DNA of 64,000 nucleotides from an uncultured Lachnospiraceae bacterium (GTDB lineage: Bacteria; Bacillota; Clostridia; Lachnospirales; Lachnospiraceae): assembly GCA_964591105.1 (NCBI GenBank), contig CAZPZR010000001.1, positions 4,903 to 68,902 of the forward strand. The letters are read 5' to 3'. The position numbers and the translations under genes are program-made. Below are positions 28,104-38,162 of this stretch, in pieces; position 1 is the first letter of the stretch, and each line of letters opens with the position of its first letter. The notes below the pieces were generated by a model. That model was given only the letters and a program-made list of their open reading frames with translations. It had not been told where the DNA came from and made no database searches.

Positions 28104-29084
28104 ATGAAAGACGGATTTGGAAGAGAAATTAATTATATGCGAATTTCAATCACAGATCGATGCAATCTTCGATGCCGTTATTGTATGCCAGAAGGCGTTT
28201 CCTGTGTAGGAATGGAAGAAATTCTGACTTTCGAAGAGATTGAACAAACGGTGCGGGCGGCCATTCGAGCGGGAATCACACGATTTAAGATTACCGGAGG
28301 TGAACCGCTGGTAAGACGGGATTGCGCGGAGCTGATCGCAAAGTTACTGCAGATTCCGGGGACAGAGGAAGTGACGTTGACAACGAATGGAATACTTTTG
28401 GAGCAGGAGATTCCAAAGCTTTGGGCAGCAGGACTTCGTGCGGTAAATATCAGTCTTGATACCTTGCAGCGAACACGGTATCAAGAGTTGACTGGATTTG
28501 ACCGACTGGAACAGGTAAAAGCAGGCGTGGAAGCAGCTGTAAATATGGGAATGAAGATAAAGATCAATGTAGTGCTTCAAAAGGGTTACAACGATGATGA
28601 GTGGAAAGCACTGGCGGAACTTGCAAAGGATTTACCCGTGGATGTGCGCTTCATTGAACTAATGCCGATTGGTTCTGGAAAAATGCTTCCGGTCGTTTAT
28701 CACGAAGAGATTTTGAAAAAGCTTCGGGAGGCATACGAAGGAGTGGAACAGGACTTATCCTATCATGGAAATGGGCCAGCAGTGTATTATCAGATTCCGG
28801 GCTTTCGCGGAAGTGTAGGATTCATCAGTGCGATGCATGGGAAGTTCTGTGAGCATTGTAATCGCATCCGCCTGACATCCAAAGGGCAGCTGAAGGCGTG
28901 TCTTTGTTATGGCGAAACCATAGATATTCGACAGATTCTGCGAAGAGAAGGAACTCTGGAAGAGACGGAAGAAGCTGTATATCAGGCAATTGTGGCGGCA
29001 GTGGAGAAGAAGCCAAAGCAGCACTGTTTCGAACAGTTAGATGAAATCACAGAAGCCAGAAAGATGGCACAGATTGGCGGATAA
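28104..29084 (+). CDS. moaA: GTP 3',8-cyclase
   Basis: Radical-SAM motif CNLRCRYC, followed by GGEPL and the C-terminal cluster CEHCNRIRLTSKGQLKACL. Confidence 0.9.
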   Translation: MKDGFGREINYMRISITDRCNLRCRYCMPEGVSCVGMEEILTFEEIEQTVRAAIRAGITRFKITGGEPLVRRDCAELIAKLLQIPGTEEVTLTTNGILLEQEIPKLWAAGLRAVNISLDTLQRTRYQELTGFDRLEQVKAGVEAAVNMGMKIKINVVLQKGYNDDEWKALAELAKDLPVDVRFIELMPIGSGKMLPVVYHEEILKKLREAYEGVEQDLSYHGNGPAVYYQIPGFRGSVGFISAMHGKFCEHCNRIRLTSKGQLKACLCYGETIDIRQILRREGTLEETEEAVYQAIVAAVEKKPKQHCFEQLDEITEARKMAQIGG

Positions 29085-29205
29085 TTATCAGGATACGAAT
29101 AAATAACTATAAGCAAAATGAATAAATGGTCTTGTTGAAGGAAAAATGGTTAAATGTTAAGATAGAAGACAGTGACAAGAGAGTAAATGTCTAGGAGGAA
29201 AAAAC

Positions 29206-30588
29206 ATGTTAGAAAAACTTTTTAAATTAAAGGAGAATGGCACAGACGCTAAGACAGAAATTCTTGCGGGTGTTACTACATTCATGACGATGGCATACAT
29301 TCTCGCAGTAAACCCAAGTATTATGTCAGCAGCGGGTATGGACCAGGGAGCAGTGTTTACAGCGACTGCTGTTGCTTCTTTTATAGGGACATTGCTGATG
29401 GCATTTTTGGCAAATTATCCATTTGCACTTGCTCCAGGAATGGGATTGAATGCTTACTTTGCATATACAGTTGTTCTTGGAATGGGATATGAATGGCAGG
29501 TTGCATTAACTGCAGTATTTGTGGAAGGTATCATTTTCATCCTTCTTTCACTTACTAGTGTACGTGAAGCAATTTTCAATGCAATTCCAATGAACTTAAA
29601 GTCAGCAGTTAGTGTTGGAATTGGTTTCTTTATCGCATTTATTGGACTTCAGAATGCCAACATTGTTGTTGGTGGTTCTACATTGTTGGAATTATTCTCT
29701 GTTGATGGATATAATGCGGCAAAAGGTGTAGAAGCATCTTTCCAGAATGTAGGAATTACAGTGCTTCTTGCAGTCATTGGTGTAGTTATTATTGGAATCC
29801 TTGTAGTGAAGAATGTAAAAGGTAACATCTTATGGGGAATTTTGATTACATGGATTCTTGGTATTATTTGCCAGTTTGCAGGAATTTACGTACCAGATGC
29901 TGAACTCGGATTCTATAGCTTACTTCCAGATTTCAGCAATGGACTTTCTATTCCAAGTATTGCGCCAGTATTTTGTAAATTAAGATTCGATGGAATCTTT
30001 ACATTAGAATTCTTTGTTGTCGTATTTGCATTCTTGTTTGTAGATTTATTTGATACACTTGGAACATTGATTGGTGTATCTACAAAGGCAAATATGTTAG
30101 ATGAAAACGGACAGCTTCCTAATATCAAGGGAGCATTGATGGCAGATGCTGTGGCAACAACAGCAGGTGCTGCATTAGGAACAACAACAGTAACAACATT
30201 CGTAGAGAGTGCATCTGGTGTAGCAGATGGAGGAAGAACAGGACTTACATCACTTACAACAGCAATTTTATTTGGATTATCTTTGCTGTTTTCCCCAATC
30301 TTCCTTGCAATTCCATCTTTTGCAACAGCACCAGCATTGATTGTAGTAGGATTCCACATGGTAACAAACATTGTGAATATTGACTTTAAAGATATGTTAG
30401 AAGCAATTCCATGTTACATTTGCATTATTGCAATGCCATTCTTCTACAGCATTTCAGAAGGAATTTCTATGGGAGTAATCTCCTATGTAGCAATTACACT
30501 TTTCTCTGGAAAAGCAAAGGAAAAGAAATTAAGTCCTCTGATGTATGTATTGTCAATTTTATTTATTTTGAAATATGTATTCTTGTAA
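29206..30588 (+). CDS. NCS2/AzgA family purine (adenine/guanine/hypoxanthine) permease
   Basis: N-terminus LFKLKENGTDAKTEILAGVTTFMTMAYILAVNP and ~13 TM segments. Confidence 0.85.
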   Translation: MLEKLFKLKENGTDAKTEILAGVTTFMTMAYILAVNPSIMSAAGMDQGAVFTATAVASFIGTLLMAFLANYPFALAPGMGLNAYFAYTVVLGMGYEWQVALTAVFVEGIIFILLSLTSVREAIFNAIPMNLKSAVSVGIGFFIAFIGLQNANIVVGGSTLLELFSVDGYNAAKGVEASFQNVGITVLLAVIGVVIIGILVVKNVKGNILWGILITWILGIICQFAGIYVPDAELGFYSLLPDFSNGLSIPSIAPVFCKLRFDGIFTLEFFVVVFAFLFVDLFDTLGTLIGVSTKANMLDENGQLPNIKGALMADAVATTAGAALGTTTVTTFVESASGVADGGRTGLTSLTTAILFGLSLLFSPIFLAIPSFATAPALIVVGFHMVTNIVNIDFKDMLEAIPCYICIIAMPFFYSISEGISMGVISYVAITLFSGKAKEKKLSPLMYVLSILFILKYVFL

Positions 30589-30621
30589 GAAATAAAATAA
30601 GAGAAATTAGTAAAATCCGGT

Positions 30622-30658
30622 TGTGCATAGGCGCAGCCGGATTTTTTGCAGTTTTTAA
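30622..30658 (+). terminator. Rho-independent terminator
   Basis: Stem aatccggttg pairs with cagccggatt with one G-U pair, followed by ttttt. Confidence 0.6.
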
Positions 30659-30728
30659 AGATTTTGAGTTGTGGAAAATAATTTTTATAGAGTGCTTGAA
30701 TGAGTTTATCTGAAAATTCAATTATGCG

Positions 30729-31089
30729 TTGCAAGCTGAAAGGTCTAAAATAGTAATAATGAGAATCGAAAAATTTACAGAAGAAAAGAGGATGAGAAGT
30801 AATGTACGTTTCATGAAGAGAATGAGAGAAGAAGTAGATTGTAAAGTAGTGCTGCACACATGTGGATTATATGATGACAGATTAGATCTCGTATTAGATG
30901 AGCATGGAGATGCATGGCACCTTGCGGATACATCTACGAAAAAGATCAAAGACCTGTATGGATGGCGCTTATGATGGAAGATTTATCCTGAGTGCTGACT
31001 GTGCTGTGCCACCATCTACGACAGATGAAAATATGAAGGCGGTTGTGCGTGCTGCGAAAGATGCAGAGAAGGTATTGTTTGGAAAATAA
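30729..31089 (+). pseudogene. Remnant of a uroporphyrinogen-decarboxylase-family (MtaA/CmuA-like methyltransferase) gene: 5'-truncated, internally deleted and frameshifted
   Basis: Two ORFs in different frames carry URO-D-like C-terminal motifs: VVLHTCG...DLVLDEHGDAWHL and GRFILSADCAVPPSTTDENMKAVVRAA. Only about 120 of the expected ~340 aa remain. Confidence 0.55.
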
Positions 31090-31100
31090 AGAAAATACGA

Positions 31101-31136
31101 AAAATCAGCGGGGAGAGCTCCTCGCTGATTTTTTAT
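31101..31136 (+). terminator. Rho-independent terminator
   Basis: GC-rich hairpin atcagcgggga..tcctcgctgat followed by tttttt. Confidence 0.65.
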
Positions 31137-31236
31137 TTAGGATGTTGAGTTGAAATCATGAATCAGTTATAATAATTAGGTCTGTAAAGGCGAAGCAATT
31201 TACTTGACGATGTGAAATAGATGAGGATTGAAAAGA

Positions 31237-33045
31237 ATGAATTTACTTACAATGGAACATATTACAAAATCCTACACAGACAGAATCCTTCTGGATGATG
31301 TGGATTTTAGCATTAACGAGAATGAAAAGATTGGTGTAATTGGAATCAACGGAATGGGAAAGTCTACTTTGCTGAAAGTGGCAGCAGGAATTGAGTCTTG
31401 CGAAGCAGGAAAAATCAGCATGGGGACTTCGATTAAGATGTGTTATCTTCCACAGACACCAGTGTTTGAAGAAGGGGCAACAGTTCTTCAGGCAGCAATA
31501 GCAGGAAATGTGGATGAACTGAATCGATGGACAATCGAAGCGGATGCAAAATCTATGCTGAATAAGCTTGGTTTTGTAGATTATGAGGAAAAAGTGGAGC
31601 ACATGTCCGGAGGACAGCGCAAGAGAATTGCACTTGTCAATGCACTTTTGACATCAGCAGATATTCTGGTTCTGGATGAACCAACGAACCATTTGGACAA
31701 TGCAATGTCTGAATGGCTGGAAGAATATTTGATTCAATTTCGCGGCGCAATTCTGATGGTTACGCATGATCGTTACTTTTTGGATCGTGTGGCAAATCGA
31801 ATCGTTGAAGTAGATCAAGGGAAATTATATAACTACCCAGGAAATTACTCCGAGTTTGTCCGTTTGAAAGAAGAACGACAGAACATTGCACTGGCGACAG
31901 AAAGAAAACGCAAAAGCTTGCTGAGAACAGAACTGGAATGGCTGAGTCGCGGAGCAAGAGCGCGAAGCACGAAGCAGAAAGCACATATTGACCGTATTAA
32001 GGCAATGCAGGAGATTCAGGATATTCAGGAAGAAAAGCGTGTCATCATGGATTCTGTTGCATCTCGTATGGGAAACAAAACGATTGAATTAGAACAGATT
32101 TCTAAATCATATGGAGAGCGCACACTGATTCAAGACTACAACTATATTTTTCTGAAAAATGACCGTATAGGAATCATTGGACCGAACGGTTGTGGAAAAA
32201 CAACTCTGTTGAAGATGATCAATGGCATTGTACAGCCAGATGCAGGGACAATTGAAATCGGACAGACGATTAAAATTGGATATTTCTCACAGGAAAATGA
32301 ATACATGGATGACTCAATGAAGGTCATTGATTATGTGAAAGAAGTGGGAGAATATATTGCAACATCCGATGGAAAGATTACAGCTTCTCAGATGTTGGAA
32401 CGATTCTTATTTGATGGAACACTCCAGTATTCTAAGATTGAGAAATTATCAGGTGGAGAAAAACGAAGACTGTATCTGCTTCGTGTACTGATGAGTTCTC
32501 CGAACGTATTGATTTTGGACGAACCAACCAACGACCTGGATATTCAGACGTTGACTATTTTGGAAGACTATCTGGATCGTTTTGATGGAATCATTATTGT
32601 TGTGTCTCATGACCGATATTTCTTAGACCGAATTGTGAACCGAATCTTTTCTTTTGAAGGGCAGGGAGTTGTCCGTCAGTTTGAGGGTGGATATTCGGAT
32701 TATCTGATTCGCAAGGAATTGGAAAAAGAACCGGATGAACAACCGAAAGAAGCAAAAAAAGAAAAATCACAGGCATCAAAAGCAACATGGAAACAAAGAG
32801 AAAAGAAACTCAAATTTTCTTACAAAGAGCAGAAGGAATTTGAGACAATTGACGAAGACATTGAAAAGCTGGAAACAAAAATTGAGTCTTTGGATGAAGA
32901 GATGGCAAAGAATGCAACAAACTCTGTGAAACTTCGAGAACTGATGGAGAAGAAAGACGAAGCAGAAGCACAGTTGGAAGAAAAAATGGAACGCTGGGTA
33001 TATTTGAATGATTTAAATGAAAGGATCTTGAACGGGGATGCGTAA
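31237..33045 (+). CDS. ABC-F family ATPase (Uup/YfmR-like, with C-terminal coiled coil)
   Basis: Two NBDs (GINGMGKST / MSGGQRKR; GPNGCGKTT / LSGGEKRR) and no TM domain. The linker carries ELEWLSRGARARSTKQKAHIDR, and the tail is a Lys/Glu-rich coiled coil. Confidence 0.85.
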   Translation: MNLLTMEHITKSYTDRILLDDVDFSINENEKIGVIGINGMGKSTLLKVAAGIESCEAGKISMGTSIKMCYLPQTPVFEEGATVLQAAIAGNVDELNRWTIEADAKSMLNKLGFVDYEEKVEHMSGGQRKRIALVNALLTSADILVLDEPTNHLDNAMSEWLEEYLIQFRGAILMVTHDRYFLDRVANRIVEVDQGKLYNYPGNYSEFVRLKEERQNIALATERKRKSLLRTELEWLSRGARARSTKQKAHIDRIKAMQEIQDIQEEKRVIMDSVASRMGNKTIELEQISKSYGERTLIQDYNYIFLKNDRIGIIGPNGCGKTTLLKMINGIVQPDAGTIEIGQTIKIGYFSQENEYMDDSMKVIDYVKEVGEYIATSDGKITASQMLERFLFDGTLQYSKIEKLSGGEKRRLYLLRVLMSSPNVLILDEPTNDLDIQTLTILEDYLDRFDGIIIVVSHDRYFLDRIVNRIFSFEGQGVVRQFEGGYSDYLIRKELEKEPDEQPKEAKKEKSQASKATWKQREKKLKFSYKEQKEFETIDEDIEKLETKIESLDEEMAKNATNSVKLRELMEKKDEAEAQLEEKMERWVYLNDLNERILNGDA

Positions 33046-33961
33046 GACGGTAAAAAGAATTTTAAAGACATTATCGGCAAATGGAATAGAAGTTGAAGCT
33101 TCCAGACAGCTTGCAAATCTGAAGGCGATTGCACCATTGAAAGTTTTTCACAAAACGGTAGATGCAAAGATTTTTAATGGCGATTATGAAATTCCAATCC
33201 GCGTGTTCCTGCCAAGAGAAGAGGCTTACGAAAAACAGGAGATTCTCCTGTTTTTTCACGGTGGAGGCTGGGTGACAGAAAGCATTGATACATACGAGAG
33301 ATGCTGCGCCAGACTGGCACAACAGACAGATTGTGTTGTAATTTCTGTCGAATATCGCCTTGCACCAGAATACAAGTTCCCAATTCCATTTGAAGATTGT
33401 TATGCAGCTGCAAAAGCGATTTATCAGGGAGAATTTTTACAAAATATCCATCCAGAGAAGATTACTTTAATTGGGGATAGTGCAGGAGGTAATCTGGCGG
33501 CAGCGGTTTCTTTGAAGGCAAGAGATACTGGAGACTTTATGCCAAAGAAGCAGATTCTGATCTATCCGGTGACTTATGGAGATTATACAGATTTTTCTCC
33601 ATTTGCTTCTGTGGATGAGAACGGGCAGGATTATATTTTGACGAAAGGGAAAATGCAGGATTATGTGGAACTTTACCTGTCTTGTGACAAAGACTGGATG
33701 AATCCATATTTTGCACCTCTTCGTGCAAGAAATCACGAAAATCAGCCGGAGACTTTAATCTTGACCGCAGAATTTGACCCGCTTCGCGATGAAGGAGAGG
33801 CTTATGCGAAAAAACTTGAAGAGGGCGGCAATGTAGTTGAACTGCATCGAATCAAGGACGCAATCCATGGATTTTTTGCGTTAGGGCTTAAGGCATATCC
33901 AATGCCAGAATGCTACGAGATTATCAATCATTTTTTGAAAGGGGATGAAAATCTTGCGTGA
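33038..33961 (+). CDS. Alpha/beta hydrolase, hormone-sensitive-lipase-like esterase (family IV)
   Basis: Oxyanion motif HGGGW, nucleophile elbow GDSAGG, then DPLRDEG and HGF. Overlaps the ABC-F gene by 8 nt. Confidence 0.85.
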   Translation: MRKTVKRILKTLSANGIEVEASRQLANLKAIAPLKVFHKTVDAKIFNGDYEIPIRVFLPREEAYEKQEILLFFHGGGWVTESIDTYERCCARLAQQTDCVVISVEYRLAPEYKFPIPFEDCYAAAKAIYQGEFLQNIHPEKITLIGDSAGGNLAAAVSLKARDTGDFMPKKQILIYPVTYGDYTDFSPFASVDENGQDYILTKGKMQDYVELYLSCDKDWMNPYFAPLRARNHENQPETLILTAEFDPLRDEGEAYAKKLEEGGNVVELHRIKDAIHGFFALGLKAYPMPECYEIINHFLKGDENLA

Positions 33962-35774
33962 GGAAAAAAGAGCATATTGGAGAAATCTGGATAATGCGGG
34001 GAAATTATTTTCTGCAGCAAGTACATCCAAAGATACACGTGTCTTTCGCTTCTACTGTGAACTAAAAGAGCAGGTGAAGGAGGAAATCCTTCAAGAAGCA
34101 GTGAATCTTACAGTAAAAAAATATCCGATTTTTCTGTCTGTTATGCGAAAAGGCTTTTTTTGGCACTATCTGGAGAAGAGTGAACTTCGTCCAGTTGTAA
34201 AAGAAGAATACAAAGAGCCATGCAGCTGCCTGTATGTGCGAGATAAAAAGGCATTGCTCTTTGAAGTTACATATTATAAAAACCGCATTAATTTTGAGGT
34301 GTTCCATGCACTGACAGATGGAACGGGAGCTACGCTGTTTTTGAAAGAAATCGTAGAAAATTATTTGTACCTGGCACACAGAGAAGAAGGACTTTGTGAA
34401 CGGGCAGAAGATCAGGAGAAGATTGCGATTTCTGCACAGGAATCTGACAGCTTTACGAAGTATTATGATCCATCCGTGAAGATGCGCAGAAAGAAAAGAA
34501 AGCATGCCTTTCAGATTAAGTGGGGACAGCAGGAGTATGAACCGCTTCAGGTATCAGAGGCGACCGGTTCCGCGAAAGAACTGTTGAAGATAGCGCGAGA
34601 AAAGGGCGTGTCATTGACAGTTCTGATTACAACGGCAATGATTATGGCTATTCATAAGACCATGACGAAAGCACAGGAAAAGAAGCCGGTAATCTTGATG
34701 ATTCCGGTAAACTTAAGAAAAATATTCCCGTCAGAATCTATGCTGAATTTTTTTGGTTATATTGAGCCAGAATACAAATTTGGCAACGGGAAGGATGAAT
34801 TTGACGACGTCCTTGAAGAAGTAAAGACATATTTTACAGAAAACCTGACACAGGAAGAAATTGCGCGCAGAATGAACGAGCTGATTGCATTTGAGAAGCA
34901 TAAGATTCTCAGATGGGCGCCGCTGGATTTGAAAAATGCGTGCATCCGTGCAGGGGCAAAAATGGCAGAAAAAGAAGTGACTGCTGTATTCTCGAATATG
35001 AGCGTTGTGAAATTGCCAAAAGAGTATGAACCATACGTAGAACGTTTTGGAGTGTATACAAGTACGCCAAGAACAGAATTGTGTGTAGTATCTTATGCTG
35101 ATACAGTGAACTTTGGATTTACATCACGATATGACAGTATGGAAATCCAGAGAAATTTTTATGAAATATTGGAAACACTTGGGGCGAAGACGCAGCCAGT
35201 GAATCCAGAGTATCCGAAGGATGCAAAGCCAAATTATGAAGGGCGAAAATTTATGAAAAGCTTTTCGTATGTTTGTATTGTGGCAGCGGTACTTTGCGCG
35301 ATGGCGAATGCAATTCTGTCACCAGAGGGACATTGGAGTATTCTGGCAGGAGCCGGAATTTTGAGTATGTGGCTGGCACTGATGGTAGGCTATACAAAGC
35401 GTCACAATCTAATGAAAAATGCCATGTGGGAACTTCTGGTCGTCACCCTTGGAGCAATCCTATGGGACGTATGTATGGGATGGCGTGGCTGGTCGGTAAA
35501 CTGGGTACTTCCGTGTGTATCAATCTTGATTCAGTTATCGATGGTCGTTATATCGAAGATTCAATCCCATTCGCCACGAGAATATATGATTTATTATGTG
35601 ATGGCAAATATTTATGGGGTGTTACTCCCATTGGGATGTATGTTCGCGGGACTTTCAACATTCCATATACCAGCCATCCTTTGTGTAGGATTTAGTTTCT
35701 TGTTCTTTCTTGCGTTATTGTTGTTTAAAGGACGGGAGTTTCGAGAGGAAATTTACAAAAAATTTCATGTATAA
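33945..35774 (+). CDS. HxxxD-motif acyltransferase (condensation/WS-DGAT-like fold) fused to a C-terminal polytopic membrane domain
   Basis: The motif HALTDGTG sits ~120 aa from the N-terminus. The last ~170 aa contain 5-6 hydrophobic helices. Overlaps the esterase gene by 17 nt. Confidence 0.6.
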   Translation: MKILREEKRAYWRNLDNAGKLFSAASTSKDTRVFRFYCELKEQVKEEILQEAVNLTVKKYPIFLSVMRKGFFWHYLEKSELRPVVKEEYKEPCSCLYVRDKKALLFEVTYYKNRINFEVFHALTDGTGATLFLKEIVENYLYLAHREEGLCERAEDQEKIAISAQESDSFTKYYDPSVKMRRKKRKHAFQIKWGQQEYEPLQVSEATGSAKELLKIAREKGVSLTVLITTAMIMAIHKTMTKAQEKKPVILMIPVNLRKIFPSESMLNFFGYIEPEYKFGNGKDEFDDVLEEVKTYFTENLTQEEIARRMNELIAFEKHKILRWAPLDLKNACIRAGAKMAEKEVTAVFSNMSVVKLPKEYEPYVERFGVYTSTPRTELCVVSYADTVNFGFTSRYDSMEIQRNFYEILETLGAKTQPVNPEYPKDAKPNYEGRKFMKSFSYVCIVAAVLCAMANAILSPEGHWSILAGAGILSMWLALMVGYTKRHNLMKNAMWELLVVTLGAILWDVCMGWRGWSVNWVLPCVSILIQLSMVVISKIQSHSPREYMIYYVMANIYGVLLPLGCMFAGLSTFHIPAILCVGFSFLFFLALLLFKGREFREEIYKKFHV

Positions 35775-35886
35775 GTATGAATTTTTCCTTACATTTTGTC
35801 GATTTTCGGTGATATAATATACTATAAGGGGAGACTGTAGCGTGTTGGGACGGGCCTGACAGACAGTGTCTCCGTAGGAGGTATAT

Positions 35887-36387
35887 ATGTTTAAAATTGG
35901 TGATTATGTGGCACATTACAAACAAGGAATCTGTGAAGTGACGAATATCGGAAGACTAGATATCAGTTGCTCAGATAAGAAGAAAGAATACTATACATTG
36001 AAACCTCTTTACGATCAGGCGGGGATACTTTATACTCCGGTTTCTAATGAGAAAAATCAGATTCGTGAAGTTGTCACATGTGAAGAAGCGAAGAAGTTGA
36101 TTGAAGAAATGCCAACTATCGATACTATCTGGGTAGCAGATGAAAAGAGAAGAGAGGCATTTTACAAGGAAGCATTGATGAAAAATGAGTGCAGAGAGTG
36201 GATTGCGATTATCAAAACATCTTATTTGCGCAAGATGAAGCGACTTGCATCAGGAAAAAAATCAATCAATGTGGATGAAAAATATTTGAGTATTGCAGAA
36301 CGCTTCTTATATGGAGAACTTGCGGTGGCACTTGATATGAAAAAAGAAGATGTGAGGAATTATATTGTGGAACATATTCAAGAATAG
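35887..36387 (+). CDS. CarD/CdnL family transcriptional regulator
   Basis: N-terminal MFKIGDYVAHYKQGICEV is a CarD_CdnL_TRCF Tudor-like domain. The ORF is 166 aa. Confidence 0.7.
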   Translation: MFKIGDYVAHYKQGICEVTNIGRLDISCSDKKKEYYTLKPLYDQAGILYTPVSNEKNQIREVVTCEEAKKLIEEMPTIDTIWVADEKRREAFYKEALMKNECREWIAIIKTSYLRKMKRLASGKKSINVDEKYLSIAERFLYGELAVALDMKKEDVRNYIVEHIQE

Positions 36388-36478
36388 GCATTGACTTTTT
36401 TCTTGGGATTGGGTATTATTACTTTAGTAGTAAAAAGCGTTAAAGTGTGAAAATATAATGCGGGAAAGGAGATATCCA

Positions 36479-38113
36479 ATGCCAATTACGGAAATATTAG
36501 AAAAGAATTGTCGTTTATATGGCGAAGAGACATGCCTTGTGGAAATCAATCCGGAACTTCCAGAAACAAGACGTGTAACATGGAAAGAATTTGAATTGAT
36601 GGAGCCAGCACCTTCGGCTTATTATCGAAGAGAAATTACATGGAATGTCTTTAATGAAAAGGCAAACCGATTTGCAAACCTGCTCCTGGAACACGGAATC
36701 AAGAAAGGGGACAAGGTTGCAATTCTCTTAATGAACTGCTTAGAGTGGTTGCCAATTTATTTTGGAATCTTGAAAACTGGGGCGTTGGCAGTACCGTTAA
36801 ACTTCCGCTATTCTGCAGATGAGATTAAATATTGTGTAGAACTTGCGGATGTAGACATTCTCGTATTTGGTCCAGAATTTATCGGACGAGTAGAAGAAGT
36901 TGCAGATGAGATCAGCAAAGGACGTTTACTCTACTATGTAGGAGAGGGATGTCCAGGATTTGCGGAAGATTACCGTGCCAATACAGTGAACTGTTCCAGT
37001 CAGTCTCCAAAAATTGATGTCAATGATGAAGATTATGCAGCGATTTATTTTTCATCAGGAACAACAGGATTTCCAAAAGCAATCCTTCACACCCATCAGG
37101 CATTGTTGCATTCTGCGAAGGTAGAACAGAATCATCATGGACAGACGAAAGATGATGTATTCCTGTGTATTCCTCCACTGTATCATACAGGTGCGAAGAT
37201 GCACTGGTTTGGAAGTCTCCTGACAGGTGGGAAAGCAGTACTCCTGAAGGGAACAAATCCAGAATTTATCTTACGTGCAGTATCCGAGGAGAAATGTACG
37301 ATTGTATGGCTGCTTGTTCCATGGGCGCAAGACCTTTTACTTGCAATTGACCGTGGAGAGATTCAGTTGGAAGATTACGAACTGTCACAGTGGCGTTTGA
37401 TGCACATCGGTGCGCAGCCAGTTCCACAGAGTCTGATCAAGCATTGGAAGGAATACTTCCCACAGCATCAGTACGATACTAACTATGGTTTGAGCGAATC
37501 TATTGGACCTGGATGTGTACATCTGGGTGTAGATAATATAGAAAAAGTTGGAGCAATTGGAAAAGCCGGTTATGGATGGGAAACGAAGATCATCGATGAA
37601 CAAGGCAACACCGTTGCAAGAGGTGAGACTGGTGAGTTAGCAGTGAAAGGACCTGGGGTCATGGTCTGCTACTACAAAGATCCAGAAGCTACTGCGAAAG
37701 TGCTTCGTGATGGATGGTTATACACCGGTGATATGGCTATGGAAGATGAAGATGGATTTATCTTCCTTGTAGACAGAAAGAAAGATGTAATCATCAGTGG
37801 TGGTGAGAACATTTATCCAGTGCAGATTGAAGATTTCTTAAGAACTAATGACAGCATTCTGGATGTAGCCGTTATTGGACTTCCAGATCCAAGACTTGGA
37901 GAAATCTCTGCAGCAATTATTGAATTAAAACCAGGAGAGACATGTACAGAAGAAGATATCAATCAATTTTGTAAGAAGCTTCCAAGGTACAAGAGACCAA
38001 GGAAAGTTATCTTTGCAGAAGTACCGCGAAATGCAACTGGCAAGATTGAGAAACCAAAGCTTCGAGAAATGTACGGAGCGCAGCAGTTGGTTGCAGCGCA
38101 GAACTTGGGATAA
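36479..38113 (+). CDS. AMP-dependent synthetase/ligase (acyl-CoA synthetase family)
   Basis: AMP-binding motif YFSSGTTGFPKA, then YGLSE, YTGDMA and the C-terminal GKIEK lysine. ATG 36479 follows aaggag. Confidence 0.85.
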   Translation: MPITEILEKNCRLYGEETCLVEINPELPETRRVTWKEFELMEPAPSAYYRREITWNVFNEKANRFANLLLEHGIKKGDKVAILLMNCLEWLPIYFGILKTGALAVPLNFRYSADEIKYCVELADVDILVFGPEFIGRVEEVADEISKGRLLYYVGEGCPGFAEDYRANTVNCSSQSPKIDVNDEDYAAIYFSSGTTGFPKAILHTHQALLHSAKVEQNHHGQTKDDVFLCIPPLYHTGAKMHWFGSLLTGGKAVLLKGTNPEFILRAVSEEKCTIVWLLVPWAQDLLLAIDRGEIQLEDYELSQWRLMHIGAQPVPQSLIKHWKEYFPQHQYDTNYGLSESIGPGCVHLGVDNIEKVGAIGKAGYGWETKIIDEQGNTVARGETGELAVKGPGVMVCYYKDPEATAKVLRDGWLYTGDMAMEDEDGFIFLVDRKKDVIISGGENIYPVQIEDFLRTNDSILDVAVIGLPDPRLGEISAAIIELKPGETCTEEDINQFCKKLPRYKRPRKVIFAEVPRNATGKIEKPKLREMYGAQQLVAAQNLG

Positions 38114-38125
38114 AATCTCATTGGT

Positions 38126-38162
38126 AACGGGGTTTTTGCAAAAAAACCCCGTTGCCTTTTTT
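38126..38162. terminator. Bidirectional terminator
   Basis: Stem aacggggttttt (38126-38137) pairs with aaaaaccccgtt (38142-38153), flanked by T/A runs. It serves the ligase gene (+) and the split SBP gene (-). Confidence 0.75.

Noticed and set aside
29085-29205. A purine riboswitch upstream of the nucleobase permeases (also checked at 50555-50696).
   Set aside because: I could not find the conserved three-way-junction core or a terminator/anti-terminator arrangement. The leaders are short and AT-rich. An Rfam scan would be the definitive check.
30411-30949. ORFs 30411-30713 (+), 30483-30857 (-) and 30722-30949 (-).
   Set aside because: They overlap the permease 3' end, its terminator and the URO-D remnant. 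Their composition is low-complexity and nothing supports them as genes.
35830-35873. A hairpin (ggagactgt ... acagtgtctcc) in the leader of the CarD-like gene, considered as a riboswitch.
   Set aside because: It is a single imperfect stem-loop next to the RBS, with no second structure, no terminator and no recognisable motif. The evidence is insufficient.
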